A stretch of DNA of 64,000 nucleotides from NCBI RefSeq assembly GCF_037042905.1, contig NC_087263.1, positions 14,634,001 through 14,698,000 of the forward strand. Reading direction: 5' to 3'. The translations under genes were made by a program, and so were the position numbers. Source of the stretch: Lytechinus pictus (taxonomy: Eukaryota). The notes beneath the pieces were generated by a model that was given only the letters and a program-made list of their open reading frames with translations, was not told where the DNA came from and searched no databases. Shown one piece after another: positions 49,176 through 62,179 of the stretch (position 1 is the stretch's first letter; the number at the start of each line of letters is the position of its first letter).

Positions 49176-49907
49176 CTACAAAATAAAAATAAATGAAATA
49201 TTATTCCCCTAGCATGAATACATGGGATATGACATACTGTACATGTACATGTTGATCATGGCCTTTATTCCATTCCATACTGAAGTGAGAATTTAAGTAT
49301 TTTACTCGGTATTCTACTAAAGTAAATTGCTTCACCACCTTCTCTATTCAATTGCCATTTTTTTTCTATAGAGTATTTTGCTTACCATACGACTAAGTAG
49401 GCCCCTACCTGGCTTACTTATGGGCCCCGTCTTACAAAGAGTTGCGACAGATCCTATCAGTCACAACTATGGACAGCCAGTAACATCAATTATGCATGTA
49501 TGTTCAAAATATTTTCTAACTATGATGTATATTCATGTATTGAAAATTCACTGTGCTTCTCTTTGTTTACAAAGGACATTGTGCAAATTTCCTGTAGAAA
49601 AAATTATGACACTGATGGATTTCCATTATAGTTATGATTGATTGGATCAGTCGTAACTCTTTGTAAGACAGGCCCCTGGTTAGCATGCAGTTTGCAAAAT
49701 GCACACAGGCAAACTCAATCATGTTGCGTACATTTGGCTTAGGCTTTATGACGTCACAATGGTTATTAGTAAGTATTTGCTTAGAGATGGCGTGATGAAA
49801 AAAGTAAAATACTTTGAAGTGAAGTGAATCCGAATATAAGCATTTTGCTTTGCCAAGTACAGTAAAGTGCTAAGTATACTTAGTCAATCAGTACTTTGAA
49901 TTATATA

Positions 49908-50245
49908 CAGGTCGTGTGGTCCAGTGGATAGAGCATTGGACTCATAATCGCATTCGACCCAGGTGAGGTGAATGGGTACCCGGCAGGATTAATTCCTTGA
50001 ATGCACCAAGCACCTTTAGCAGCTGGAGCTACAGCCGGGGTAATATATAGTGCGCCACTGAATAGGCAACTAGATAGATCGGCGCCTCATAAATGCTATA
50101 TATTATTATTATCATTATCATATCCCCGGAATTGAGTGCAGCACAACGTCTGTAAATTTCTTGCTGAAGGAAAACACACCATGACTGGGATTCAATCCCA
50201 CGTCCAAAAGACGAGAGTCGTAACCACTAGATAATAATGACCCAT
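49908..50245. mobile_element. Two tail-to-tail tRNA-SINE copies (+ 49908-50120, - 50120-50245)
   Basis: A box TGGTCCAGTGG; shared core; (ATT)n tail; second copy is the reverse complement of 36493-36620. Confidence 0.75.
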
Positions 50246-50424
50246 GGAGTACGAGAGAGAGTTATAGAGAGAATGAAATAAAGGGAAAGGGAAAGAGAGA
50301 AGGGGGAATGAAGGTGCAGTGAGAGGAAGAGAATAACTCACTTGTTAGACCATGACGCCCCCACATTGTGCAAAAGAGAATTATAGAGAGAGAGTGAAAC
50401 AAGGGAAAGAGTGGAAGAGAATTA

Positions 50425-50797
50425 TGGTACACCATGTGTAAAGTCCTGGAGGGACTGAGATAAGAAAAGTGGATAGATTTGGAGGTGAACTGGAAAGGCG
50501 AGAGAGTGGAGGTTCAAAAGTAGAATATTTCTTAAAAAAGGACTGTAAACCAGGAGTGGGATGCTGAGTATTAGGCAGGCTTGAGTAGAAGGCTTGAGGT
50601 GAGAGAAGGCTGGCTTGAGTCGGCGAAGAGAGTAGTAGCAGGAGCAGGAGAGTAGACTCGACATATCGGGCAGGTTGACTGAAGACGAAAAGAATACTCT
50701 ACTTTCAAACTTCCACTTTCTCGCCTTTCCAATTCACCTCCAATTCTATCCACTCTTCTTTTCTCAGTCCCTCAAGGACCGTAAACCTTTTCCGCGA
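50425..50797. mobile_element. Penelope-like fragment with inverted partial duplication
   Basis: 50443-50530 is an inverted repeat of 50692-50780; split hammerhead halves at 50655-50687. Confidence 0.65.
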
Positions 50798-50848
50798 TTG
50801 CTCATATTTCCATGCAAACGTTCAAGCATCTACATGTAAATAACTTAC

Positions 50849-51106
50849 TTGTTTTGAATTCATCTTCTAGAGGATTCACGGGTGGTATGGAATCTATCAC
50901 TAACGTGACGGTGTAGACGGTGCCCTCGGAGAGCCCGGTGAACTCTGCGAACAGCCGCTCCCCACTCGAAATAGGGAACGTTGGGTTTCCCTCATCCGGG
51001 GAAATGGAGATGGTGTAGCTGGAAGCACCAGCTCGGGGGCTCCAGGTCACGGCAAAGGATGTCGCTGTTATCTCCTTCAGTAAGATCATATCAGGATCTC
51101 CGACAG
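50849..51106 (-). CDS. exon 6, FN3 domain 6 (B)
   Basis: TCCAG / GTAAGT, 258 nt; SFAVTW...GLSEGTVY. Confidence 0.92.
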
Positions 51107-51599
51107 CTGGAGGACAAAATCATTGTTTATAAAAAAAACATGTAACAATCAATACGAGACTAATACACATGTACAGTGGATGCTCGAAAGTTAGTGAACC
51201 GCACCACAAAAAGCACTCTTTCATGCCAAGTGTTGAATAGAGACAACAACCATACAATGTCGGGCAAGCCCTGAGAAACAAACTTTATTGAATGTAATTT
51301 TTTTATCACCTGACCTCATAATTATGTATCTATAACATGGCAGAACTTGAACACTTTTAAACATGTTCATTTTTTGGTGGGGTTCACTTACATGTACTTT
51401 GTAGCACCTTTTATGTAAGAAATGATAGCACTTTTGAAGAGTTTGTTTCTTCCACCAATCTGTTGCAAACACTCATCCACTTGTGAAATGGAAAAATACC
51501 TCCATACAATTGTATCTGTGCGATGTATTAATTTGAATGTTTTAATGTCATTGTTGATTACATTGAAATGTGAAAATGTGTAAAATTACACGTCAATAA

Positions 51600-53225
51600 A
51601 AAACTAAATGTGAATGTACATGTGAGCATAAATGTGTGTGACCATGAATGTTAATGCCAATGTGGAAGTGAATATGAGTGTACATGTGTGAATGTAAATG
51701 TCAAAGTCAATGTGAAAGTCGATGAGAAAGTCAAATATAATGCACATGTAAAATGAATATGAAGTGTGAAAATTAATTTGATTGTCAAGTAAAGTTAATG
51801 TAGAATGAATGTAAATATCAAGTGAAAATGAATGTCAATATGAAAGTGAATGTCGAGTGAATGCAAATGTAAAAGTGAATGTCAATATAAATGAAAATGT
51901 GAATGTGAAAGAGAATGTCAATGCTTGAATGTCAGTGTCTATATGAATGAAAATGAAAATGTACATATAGAAGCAAATGTCTAGGTCATTGTCAATGTCA
52001 AAGTGCAAATGTCAAAGTCAATGACAATATGAATGAAAATGTAAATGTAAAGTGAATGTCAATGTGAGAATGTTATTAAAGAAGTTAAATGAAAATGAGA
52101 ACACAGAAGTGAGTGTCAATGTCAATGTCAATTATGTGAATGTGGAAGTGAATATATATCAATTTCAATGTCAATGTAAAATGAATGTCAACATCAATGT
52201 AAAAGTGAATTTGAATGTCAATGTGAAACTGAATATGAATGCAAATGTAAAAGTGAATTCAAATGCCAATGTAAAACTGAATATGAATGCAAATGTAAAA
52301 GTGAATTCAAATGCCAATGTAAAACTAAATATGAATGTAAATGTAAGTAAATTTAAATGCCAATGTGAAACTGAATATGAATGTAAATGTGAATTTGAAT
52401 GTCAATTAGAAACTGAATATGAATGTAAATGCAAAAGTGAATTCGAATGTCAATGTGAAATTGAATATGAATGCGAATGTGAAAGTGAATTCAAATGCCA
52501 ATGTAAAACTGAATATGAATGTAAATGTAAGTAAATTGAAATGCCAATGTGAAACTGAATATGAATGTAAATGTGAATTTGAATGTCAATGAGAAACTGA
52601 ATATGAATGTAAATGCAAAAGTGAATTTGAATGTCAATGTGAAATTGAATATGAATGCAAATGTAAAAGTGAATTCAAATGCCAATGTAAAACTGAATAT
52701 GAATGTAAATGTAAGTCAATTTAAATGCCAAATTGAATGTGAAACTGAATAAGAATGTAAATTTAAGTCAAATTAAATGCCAATGTGAAACTGAATATGA
52801 ATGTAAATGTAAAAGTGAATTTGAATGTTGATGAGAAACTGAATATGAATGCAAATGAAAAGTGAATTTGAATGTCAATGTGAAATTGAATATGAATGCA
52901 AATGTAAAAGTGAATTCAAATGCCAATGTAAAACTGAATATGAATGTAAATGTAAGTCAATTTAAATGCCAATGTGGAACTGAATAAGAATGTAAATGTA
53001 CATGTAAGTCAAATTAAATGCCAATGTGAAACTGAATATGAATGTAAATGTAAAAGTGAATTTGAATGTTGATGAGAAACTGAATATGAATGCAAATGAA
53101 AAGTGATTTTGAATGTTAATGTGAAAGTGAATGTCAAGTTAATGTGAATGTAATTATGAATGTGAAAGTGAACATGAAATTCAATGTAAAAATCGATGAG
53201 AATTTCATTGTCAACGTCAATATTA
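51600..53225. repeat. AT-rich satellite: 6-bp AATGTN-like monomer with a ~48-bp higher-order unit
   Basis: TGAATGTCAATGTGAAACTGAATATGAATGCAAATGTAAAAGTGAATT repeated in the core. Confidence 0.95.
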
Positions 53226-54509
53226 ACACATGCCTCCAATGCAAAATTCTGAGAAGGCAGACAGAAAACAATAAAATCAAATAAAAAAACGTGAACTGCC
53301 CTGACAGCCTCACCTGCATTATGTAATACAATATAGCAGCAGAATTGTCTTTGTGACATTGAAATATCAAACATTCTCTCTTTTGTTCTTCAACTTTTCA
53401 ACATACAATGACATAATTCCAGGCCATAAAGGGGGAGAGGGCAATGCCACTCCTATGGAGCCAGGGGGGGTCGCACTTTAATACAGAGTTGAATACGGTA
53501 TGAAAGGCTTGACCACATTGGTCAGATCTTGTTGCGTACTACTGCGTATCTATCAATAAGATCGCGCATTGCTAATCATGTACGCGTCGGCATTTAAAGT
53601 GCAACTTAAGTCATACTTAGACCTTTGTGAAACACCCCCATGGTCAGATAGGAGCCAAGCTAGAATGCTAGTAACTTTTACTTCCAACCTCCCCCATGAA
53701 TTATTAATTTAGTTTTTAATATCATTTATGAAATCTGGTTGGTGACACATTTGCTCTTGCAACATTTGCTCCGGGCTTTACTTTTTAAAGATATACAGAA
53801 GGGTATTAAAGGGTTAAGGTTGCAATAGGGTTTTATGTTTGGTTTAGGATTATGTGTAGAGTAGGGCATAGCGTTGAAGTTGTTCTAGGGTTGAAGTTTT
53901 AGTCATACAATTGGTATCTGGGAGTTGAGCAATCGTTGTGAGAGAAAATGTCATAAACTGTGTGCCATCCTATCACTATCTCAAGCTCAACCTTGGGTGA
54001 GATTTGACGTTGATGACTCATGCTTTTGCCCGGTTTATTTCTAATTCACCTAATGCCAATTCATCCAATTGCCAACCGCATCTGCTATCATTTGGTCTAC
54101 CATCAATTCGTCCACTCACCACATGGTCTACTTTCATTTAGTCTAATGCCATTCAGTCTAATAACCAGTTGGTCCAATAGCCATTTAGTCCATATACCAT
54201 TTGGTCTAATTGGACTAAGTGTTAAATGGTGCAAAATGAATGAAAATGAAATAGATATTTGACAAACTGGTTATGAGACGAAATGATCAGAGACAAAATG
54301 GTGATTAGACAAAGTGATGATTTGGACTATAGATTGGACCAAATGTTTAATGGACCAAATGGTTGTTAGACGAAATGTTGATGGACGGAATGGCATTAAA
54401 AATTAAAGTAAACCATGTGGTGAGTGGACGAGTTGGCAGTAGACGAATTTATAGCAATTTAACCTTTGGTAAGGGTGAGACAAAAATAAAACAGGATACT
54501 GCCACTCAC

Positions 54510-54767
54510 CTGTCATGAACATCTCAACTGCTTCAGCGCTCCGTCCCTCTCCGGCTGCAGTGACAATGCCCACATCATACTGTATCCCAGGATCAAGTCC
54601 TTCAATTTGAAAGGTGTTACCTACCACTTCTGAGAGCATGTCCGTTGACCCATACGGAGGGTCGTAGCTGACGAGGTAGTAATCAGCCCGACCTGCAGCA
54701 GAATTCCAGGTTAGACTTATACTGGTGTCCATGATCACACCTACGATGTTGGTCACCGTATCCGGAG
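54510..54767 (-). CDS. exon 5, FN3 domain 5 (A)
   Basis: CGCAG / GTGAGT, 258 nt; SISLTW...GLDPGIQY. Confidence 0.92.
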
Positions 54768-55309
54768 CTGCGAGTAAATCAACATGACAATGGGTGATTT
54801 CAAGTGCGGCGTTGGTGTTGGAAGTATAATTTGGACTGCGTTTCCTATAGCTCCTAAACCTATTCTGAGTTTACACAAATAATCCAGATCACAATATTGA
54901 GAGCTCAACATCTAGTGAGTAACTTTCCAGGACCATCTTCACTTTATGATCGGTGTTATACCCGTGTAAAACACCAACACAAAAAGGTCAACACTGAACT
55001 TGAAATCACCCAACTAGTCCTGGGCGATGTTTCAATATTATCAATATTATGCGATATTGAAAACAAAAATGAATAGTCAATTATGGTTTGATGCTTATGA
55101 TGACATATCAGAGTTACACGATATGACCTTTCAGGGATAATTTACTGAGACGGGAGATCTTTATCAATTTCGCACTATCCAATGAAAGAAATGAATGTAT
55201 GAATTGGGGAGACATTAACCCTCTGCAGTTCTTCACTCGAAAATCAGCAAATATTCAGGGAGTCTCCCTGGCAATCGGGGAGACTCGGCAAGCCTTTATT
55301 CATTCTTAC

Positions 55310-55564
55310 TTGTTTGGAACACTTCACTTGCTACCACGTCTTCTCCTCCATCGGCATTTGAAATGTACAGCGTGACCCTATACACCTCACCGGGCGATAG
55401 GGACCCAATCGTAGCCACTGTTGCATCTGGAAAGAGAGTCTGAGCCAAAGTGCTGTTGGAACCACCAAAAATGCCGAACACGTCCAGACGACTGACGTCT
55501 CCAACAGTCTGAGTCCAACCGACAGTCAACGATGTTGTTCCTTGCTCTTGAAGGGTCAGAGCAA
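55310..55564 (-). CDS. exon 4, FN3 domain 4 (B)
   Basis: TATAG / GTAAGA, 255 nt; TTSLTVGW...SLSPGEVY. Confidence 0.9.
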
Positions 55565-55730
55565 CTATATGAATGATAGAACAACCATATAAACATATTA
55601 TAAATATATATATATATATATATACATAGATATCATAAGTTTACTTGCACCAGACACTCTTGAGATGAAACTAATAAACATAGTGTCAAAGGATTCAAAT
55701 CGATGAATGACACAGGATACTCAGAATAAG

Positions 55731-55771
55731 TGCTTGAGCTTTCGTCTTCTATAAAGACTTCTCTGGAAGCA
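55731..55771 (-). ncRNA. Variant minimal hammerhead-like motif (Penelope-type)
   Basis: TGCTT-CCAGAGA-A-GTCTT tatag AAGAC-GAAA-GC-TC-AAGCA; both stems are perfect. Confidence 0.55.
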
Positions 55772-56462
55772 ATGACTGTATAGAGAAAATATGCGTATAA
55801 AACAGACGTTATTCAACATTTTATTCTACCTGGTTTTGAATATATACATGTGTGCGTGTCTGTGGAAGGGGAGATGGGTGTGTGTTGTGTGTGTATAATA
55901 AGAATAAAATAGAATTACATTAAAAAAGGGAAAGTGCGAAAATTGTATCATCAGCCATGAAAATACTTACTGTTATTTTCTTATTTACGAGATAACTGGA
56001 TTACATCCCTTTTATCTATGCTATTTATCCACTTGAAGGGCTATACCGAAGACAATAACACAGAAAAATTCTTTGCGCGGTGACCTGTCTCCGAGTCTCC
56101 CTGACCCGAGCAATTTTAAGATACGTGTCACGTATCAAGATGTATCAAGATAAGTGCTCTCTCCAACATTAGAATTTTAATGTTTAGAGACTCTTATTTT
56201 TGGCGATTTTTGTTTTGTTTTTATGTGACTCTTTACTAGCATGAGTGTTCTCACAAAATATTGTTTAACTGTGGTATTTGTAATCAGATTTTGACGAAAT
56301 TTTATCATTTTAAAGAGCGAATTTCACTCTATTTATCATTACATGATTATAATTAGTCTGCAGTACACCTTTAAGGGTGACGACTAGCATAGTGTATATA
56401 TGCAAATAAGAGTTCAAAACCAAACACTGATATAGGATTTAGCCGATAGCTACAGTACTTAC

Positions 56463-56744
56463 CAATGCTTATGTCTCGTGATTCACTGGTGGAGTACGTC
56501 CGGTCACCAAACTCTCCACTGTACGACTGCACTTCAAAACTGTACAAAACCCCCACTTCCAAACCGGTAATTTCGACGGACGTGTCTTCCGTCGCCACAA
56601 GGCGCTCTAATGGGTTGCCCTGAGTGTCATTGTAAGAGATCCTGTACCCAAAGCTATTTTCACGTATTTGTGTCGGCTGTTCATACTCTATGGTCACGCT
56701 TAGTCCAGCGATGACCACCTGAAGGTTCCTTACAGGGTTCGGAG
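56463..56744 (-). CDS. exon 3, FN3 domain 3 (A)
   Basis: TTAAG / GTAAGT, 282 nt; PNPVRNLQV...GLEVGVLY. Confidence 0.9.
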
Positions 56745-56894
56745 CTTAAAACATGGAAGGGAATGAATACTAATTATAATAATGTTAAAATGCAATGATA
56801 CTGTACTATGAATATTCAAAAGGTATAACAATAATAGTAATAATAGCTGGGTTTATATGGCGCTTTCTGCCTGAGGATACAAAGCACTGCTATT

Positions 56895-57775
56895 ATTAGG
56901 GCCGTTAATGTTTGTAATTTACATCAATAATCTTCCATTGGCTTTTACTGATCTCAAACGCAAAGTACATTTGTATGCTGATGATACTGTCTTGCTTTTT
57001 AGAGCAAAAAATGTTGATGAATTACAAAATGATATGCAAGTTGGTCTACAGGTAGCAGACAAAAGGTTTACCAATAATAAGCTGACACTGAACTTAAATC
57101 TATTTTACTAGGCACTCGACAAAAGCTTAAAGAATTTTCTAATCTGTATTTAATGCTCTCCAATCAGCACATCGACAGAGCTTTCCAAATATCTTGGTGT
57201 CATGCTTGATGAACATTTAGTATGGAAAGAGCACATCGATTACACAGCCAGTAAAGTATCTCAAAGAATAGGATTTTTAAAACGATCTGCAAAACCAGTT
57301 TTACAAAATTGAATTTTGAAGATGTTATGTTGTTCCTTAATCATGGCCAATTCTAGCTTATTGCATGGTCAAATGCCTCATCGACAAATCTCGATAGATT
57401 GGAAAAGTTACACAATAGAATGGCTAGAATGATTCTGGGTGCACATCCACAAACTCACATAGTTTATATGTTTAGAGAACTAAAGTGGCAAGAACTGCCC
57501 ATTCGATGGAATCAACATAGAATGATCCAAGTATTTAAGTGCCTGAATGATCTTGCACCTGATTATCTGAAATGTATCTTCTCCAGGCCAAGTCATGAAA
57601 TTGAAAACACGATTCCGCATGAATAGCTCTCTCAGTAGTACCATAGATTTGAATAATTGCGCGGCCAGTCAGACTTTTGAATTCATGGGATATGCTGGGT
57701 GGAACAACCTCAATGTAAATTTAAAAAACAGTCGGTCGTTCAATGCTTTTAAATTGCTATTTAATTTGCTATAAT
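56895..57775 (+). pseudogene. 5'-truncated L2/CR1-group LINE, reverse transcriptase remnant
   Basis: LGPLMFVIYINNLP...LYADDT...FKYLGVMLDEHL; stops and frameshifts. Confidence 0.9.
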
Positions 57776-58015
57776 TTTGCAATTGCTAGCCAAGCAAAAG
57801 ATCATGCCTAAAGCAACTTCTTTATTTCATATGCATAACCCTTTGCTTGTGCTCAAACCCTTTCCTTGCTCTCAGATAGCAATCGCTAGCGGTTTGAACA
57901 ATAGCGACGTCACGCTGTTGCGAACACGACTCACAGAACAAAGGCAGGACTCGAAGGCAGAGGTGTGCCAGTGTAAAATACCGCTTCTCTCATTTAATAT
58001 CTTTTCTTTTCCTAA

Positions 58016-58430
58016 AGGCGACCGCACACCTTACGAATGGTCTGTGACTCAATTTTGGAATAAAACGTAATAGAATTTGATGCTAATATTGAGACTTGGA
58101 ATATCTTACTGTGTAATGTTCTAAATCATTGTACGAATACCTATGTTCAAATCTGTGACTATGCTATCATCCTTCTTAGAATAAAAGCAAATTTAATATC
58201 TAGTCGTAATGACGTCATAGCAGTCGTACGATTGGCTACGATTTGAAACTAATTTGGCCTTTACTCCAAAATAAAGGCTTGCAATCTTTCAAAATGGTTG
58301 TATTAGTATTCTTTCAATTAATTTTAACCTCAAATAAAATGATATGCTCTACTCACATTTTCAGAAAATGAGCAAAGTGCGATTTGTTCCAAAATCGGAT
58401 CGCGAACAGTCGTCAGGTGTGCGGTGGCCT
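58016..58430. mobile_element. PIF/Harbinger-type MITE (TWA flanks)
   Basis: TAA|AGGCGACCGCACACCT...AGGTGTGCGGTGGCCT|TTA. Confidence 0.78.
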
Positions 58431-58740
58431 TTAGACGTGGTGTCAGAACTATTCCTTTAACTTGTTTCTAATTAATATAGGTGCGCCTTGAGCACCTAGC
58501 AAGGTGGATACGTGCGCTATACAAATCCTACATTATTTATTATTATAATGAATTTACATACTTTGCATTCAGTTTTGCACTTACTAGGAAAAAAAACATG
58601 TTCATGTAGGCTACTGTACACCTTGGAGTTCTCTCCCAGGTGCATAAACATGATTATAAAACGCGAATGCCCTGATCAAGCAAACGCTCAAGCTGCTCCA
58701 AAGGAAAACCCAAGCAAATGCTTAAAAAGTTTTTACTCAC

Positions 58741-59004
58741 TTGTTCTATATCGTGATGCTGCAAGAAGTGCATAATCGCTCTCGCTGCGTACTTCAAATT
58801 CATAGAGGACACCAGGTATAAGTGGAGAGCTTGACTGAAAGTAAAATAATGAAGAAATACCACCGGCGAGGTTTCTGGCAGGATAGACGGTGCTTGATGT
58901 CGCATCCACCGATCGTCCAACGAAACCAATAGGATCACTGAACGTGGGTTCAATGTTGAAGCTGAAAAAGTTAAGTCCAGCCATATCGAGGCAAATGCGG
59001 CATG
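58741..59004 (-). CDS. exon 2, FN3 domain 2 (B, divergent)
   Basis: TTTAG / GTGAGT, 264 nt; CRICLDMAG...PLIPGVLYEFEV. Confidence 0.82.
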
Positions 59005-59443
59005 CTAAAAAGAGTCAATAACAAAAATAAGATTAAGCTAATGTACGTTTTGATTCATCCAGGAAGAAAGTTGACTTGCGAAAGCGAAAATAAATCTGAT
59101 TATGCTGCAGTCATGTTTCTCCTAGGGTGGCCATTTCAACATTTTTTGTACCAGCTACATAAAGGTGGTTTGAATAAAAAATGAATGAAATGTGACTGAG
59201 GTATTAATATCATTGAAATGGAGAACAGTTTCACGTATCATCCGGAATACTTCTTCAGATCATCTGAATTAGCGGGGAAATCATCTTTGCCACTTAGTGC
59301 CGATGCACAATTGATGTTATCGTATTTCACGAGCTGACAGAGCTTACCGGATCGGACGTGACACTGTTCTCAATTTCAATGATAGCATAAAGTTCAGATG
59401 AATAGATTGATATTTTCTTTCGTAGGAAAATAAAAATATTCTA

Positions 59444-61480
59444 CAGTGCGTATAAAAAAGTTTACACTTTGAAAAAAATTCTGTAAAATTATACATTTGT
59501 AATATCCTAAATATTTTTCCACATTTTAACCTTGGTACAGATCCATTAAAGCAAATGACAATATAATTGTCGAAAAATATTTCCGCTTGAGTGAGCAGCA
59601 CTTACTTTTGAAAAGTTAGTGAACAGTGATTTGCGCAGAACTTTGAAATAGTTATGCAAATAAAAGTAGACCGTAATCATGAAGAAAACGTGGAATTTAG
59701 GTAGTAAAATTGATTTTAAGATATATCTTTTACCTTTTCAAACTTGTTTCCTTGCCCAAAAACTTTGAAGAGTGCATTGCGCCCCACCCTACTCCCCTAC
59801 ACACCGAGGCCATCGAGACGATATTTGCTTTACACTGAACTGTGATTTACATTAAATGGCTTAGGCTTGATTTTCATTTTGTTAATCATTGTTAAGCTTG
59901 GGGAGAAGTGTGGAGAAACAAGTATTAAATGAACAAGTGGAATGCCTCTGGCCGTCTCACCTGCATCACGCGATTCAATATAGCAGCAGTGCTGATTTTG
60001 AAAACTACTATAACTCGCACAAGATGTTCAGTGATACTTGGTTACTCTTATTTCCACGTTTTATGAACTAGACCAATACACTTATAGAGATATGATGGCA
60101 ATTCAACAAATACCCCCAAAGTGGCCAAAGTCCTTTGACCTTACATGACCTTTGACCTTGATCATGTGACCTGTAACTCGCACAGGATGTTCAGTGATGT
60201 ACTTGATTAGTCTTATGTCCAAGTTTCAAGAGTCAGATCCATCAACTTTCAAAGTTATGATGGTAATTCAACAGATACCCCCATTATGGCCAAAGTTTAT
60301 TGACCTTTGACCTTGGTCATGTGACCTAAAATGTGCACAGGATGTTCAGTGATACTTGATTACTCTTATGTCCAAGTTTTATAAACTAGACCAACACACT
60401 TTCAAAGTTATGGCTGTAATTCAACAAATACCCCCAATTTGGCCAAAGTTCATTGACCCTAAATGACCTTTGACCTTGATCATGTGACCTGAAACTTGCA
60501 CAGAATGTTCAGTAATACTTGATTACTATTATGTCCAAGTTTCATGAATAAGATCCATAAACTTTCAAAGTTATGATGGTAATTCAACAGATACCCCCAA
60601 TTCAGCCAAAGTTCATTGACCCTAAATGACCTTTGACCTTGGTCATGTGACGTGAAACTCATACAGGATGTTCAGTGATACTTGATTAACCTTATGTATA
60701 AGTTTCATGAACTAGGTTCACATATTTTCTAAGTTATGATGACATTTCAAAAACTTAACCTTAGGTTAAGATTTTGATGTTGATTCCCCCAACATGGTCT
60801 AAGTTCATTGACCCTAAATGACCTTTGACCTTGGTCATGTGACATGAAACTCAGGCAGGATGTTCAGTAATACTTGATTAACATTATGGCCAAGTTTCAT
60901 GAACTAGGTCCATATACTTTCTAAGTTATGCTGTCATTTCAAAAACCTCAGGTTAAGATTTGGTGTTGACGCCGCCGCCGCCGTCGGAAAAGCGGCGCCT
61001 ATAGTCTCACTCTGCTATGCAGGTGAGACAAAAATGAAATGTAAACCCACTTTAAATGATAAAAACTAAGTGAAAAAATGCTGGAGATGTCTGATATAAA
61101 CTTTCGTTCAGATTCAGTTACCGGTATGTCCTCAGATCCAGCTGGCACAAAATGGGTAATGTTGTGTTTACTAAATGTTGAAATTTCAATTTGGGTGGCA
61201 AGATCGTTACAAAATGCTTTAATGTTGGCAGGGTAAGTTTGATTTCGCCCTTTCCCCTTGATACAACGTGAAAACAAGCATTTCTGCGCAAACAGATTTC
61301 TGCGAGCTTTACAAAAATGGACAGTGCTCACTCAAGTGTAACATTCTGTCAAAACTTTTACTTTCATTGGATAGATGAGACCCAAACCCAAGATTATATG
61401 TGAAAAAATTACCCACATGTTGTATATTTTTGAATTCCCAGGGCTTTTTCAAAGTGTAAACTTTTTTTTGATACGCACTG
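59444..61480. mobile_element. Tc1/mariner-type non-autonomous element with a nested Helentron-like insertion
   Basis: TA|CAGTGCGTAT...AAAGTTTACACTTTGAAAAA TIRs|TA. Confidence 0.85.
59932..61034 (+). mobile_element. Helentron/DINE-1-like element (same family as 38803)
   Basis: Same termini, hairpin and internal repeats. Confidence 0.82.
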
Positions 61481-62179
61481 TATAATCACAATGTAAATGA
61501 TATTCTGCTTCTGAGAGTGGTTTTGTTTATATTTTTTTTACTTGAAATATTTTGGTCAGGGTCATGTGGGGGTCATCACCAGAATACCCAGTGTTAATAA
61601 TAGGGGAGGGGTAGTTGCCATTGTTACCTCCACCTCACCCCCACTTCCTCCAAAAATTGTGAAAGTTCCACTTCTTAGCTAAAAATCTGAAAAATTCACC
61701 AAAATGGTGCCCCAAACCCTTCAAAGATGCAAAAGGGCCCCCATGATATTCTCAATCGCTTTTCTCCCTTACTTTCAAGTTAATTTGAAATAAAAATTAA
61801 TTTGCAACCCTCCCATACCCCCCAAAATGCCTGCATAATTGCATATGCCATCAACATTTTGTGACAGGCAGGCCCTCTTGGATGTTTCCCCTGCCCCATA
61901 CCCCCTCTCCCATTCAGAACGGCTTCTTGTACACCTGCGCCTCATCATAAAGAAGCCGGCATTCAAAGGGCCTCTTTGCAACTTATATGGGGGCTTGAAT
62001 CCAACCTTTTTGGGAGTGAAATACATTGATTTCAAAATGTTCAAACAAAAATTTCAAAGCGTTTATATGTGTCACATAAGTATGAAAATATTCTGAAAAA
62101 ACAGTTTTGTGTTCTCTAGGAGTCACCCTTTGCTCCAGCCTACATGTATTTGTCTCGCCTGTGAAGTATTAATACTTAC

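Noticed and set aside
52052..52752. NV/ECK-repeat ORFs as solenoid or antifreeze-like proteins
   Set aside because: By-product of a hexamer satellite; frames shift and there is no splice or start context.
56895..57775. Functional reverse transcriptase (retron/DGR-like system next to repeats)
   Set aside because: 5'-truncated and frameshifted non-LTR retrotransposon remnant.
59348..59363. Possible 16-nt microexon (ACAG...CCG|GTAAGC)
   Set aside because: No pyrimidine tract, it breaks the frame, and the A/B alternation needs no exon here.
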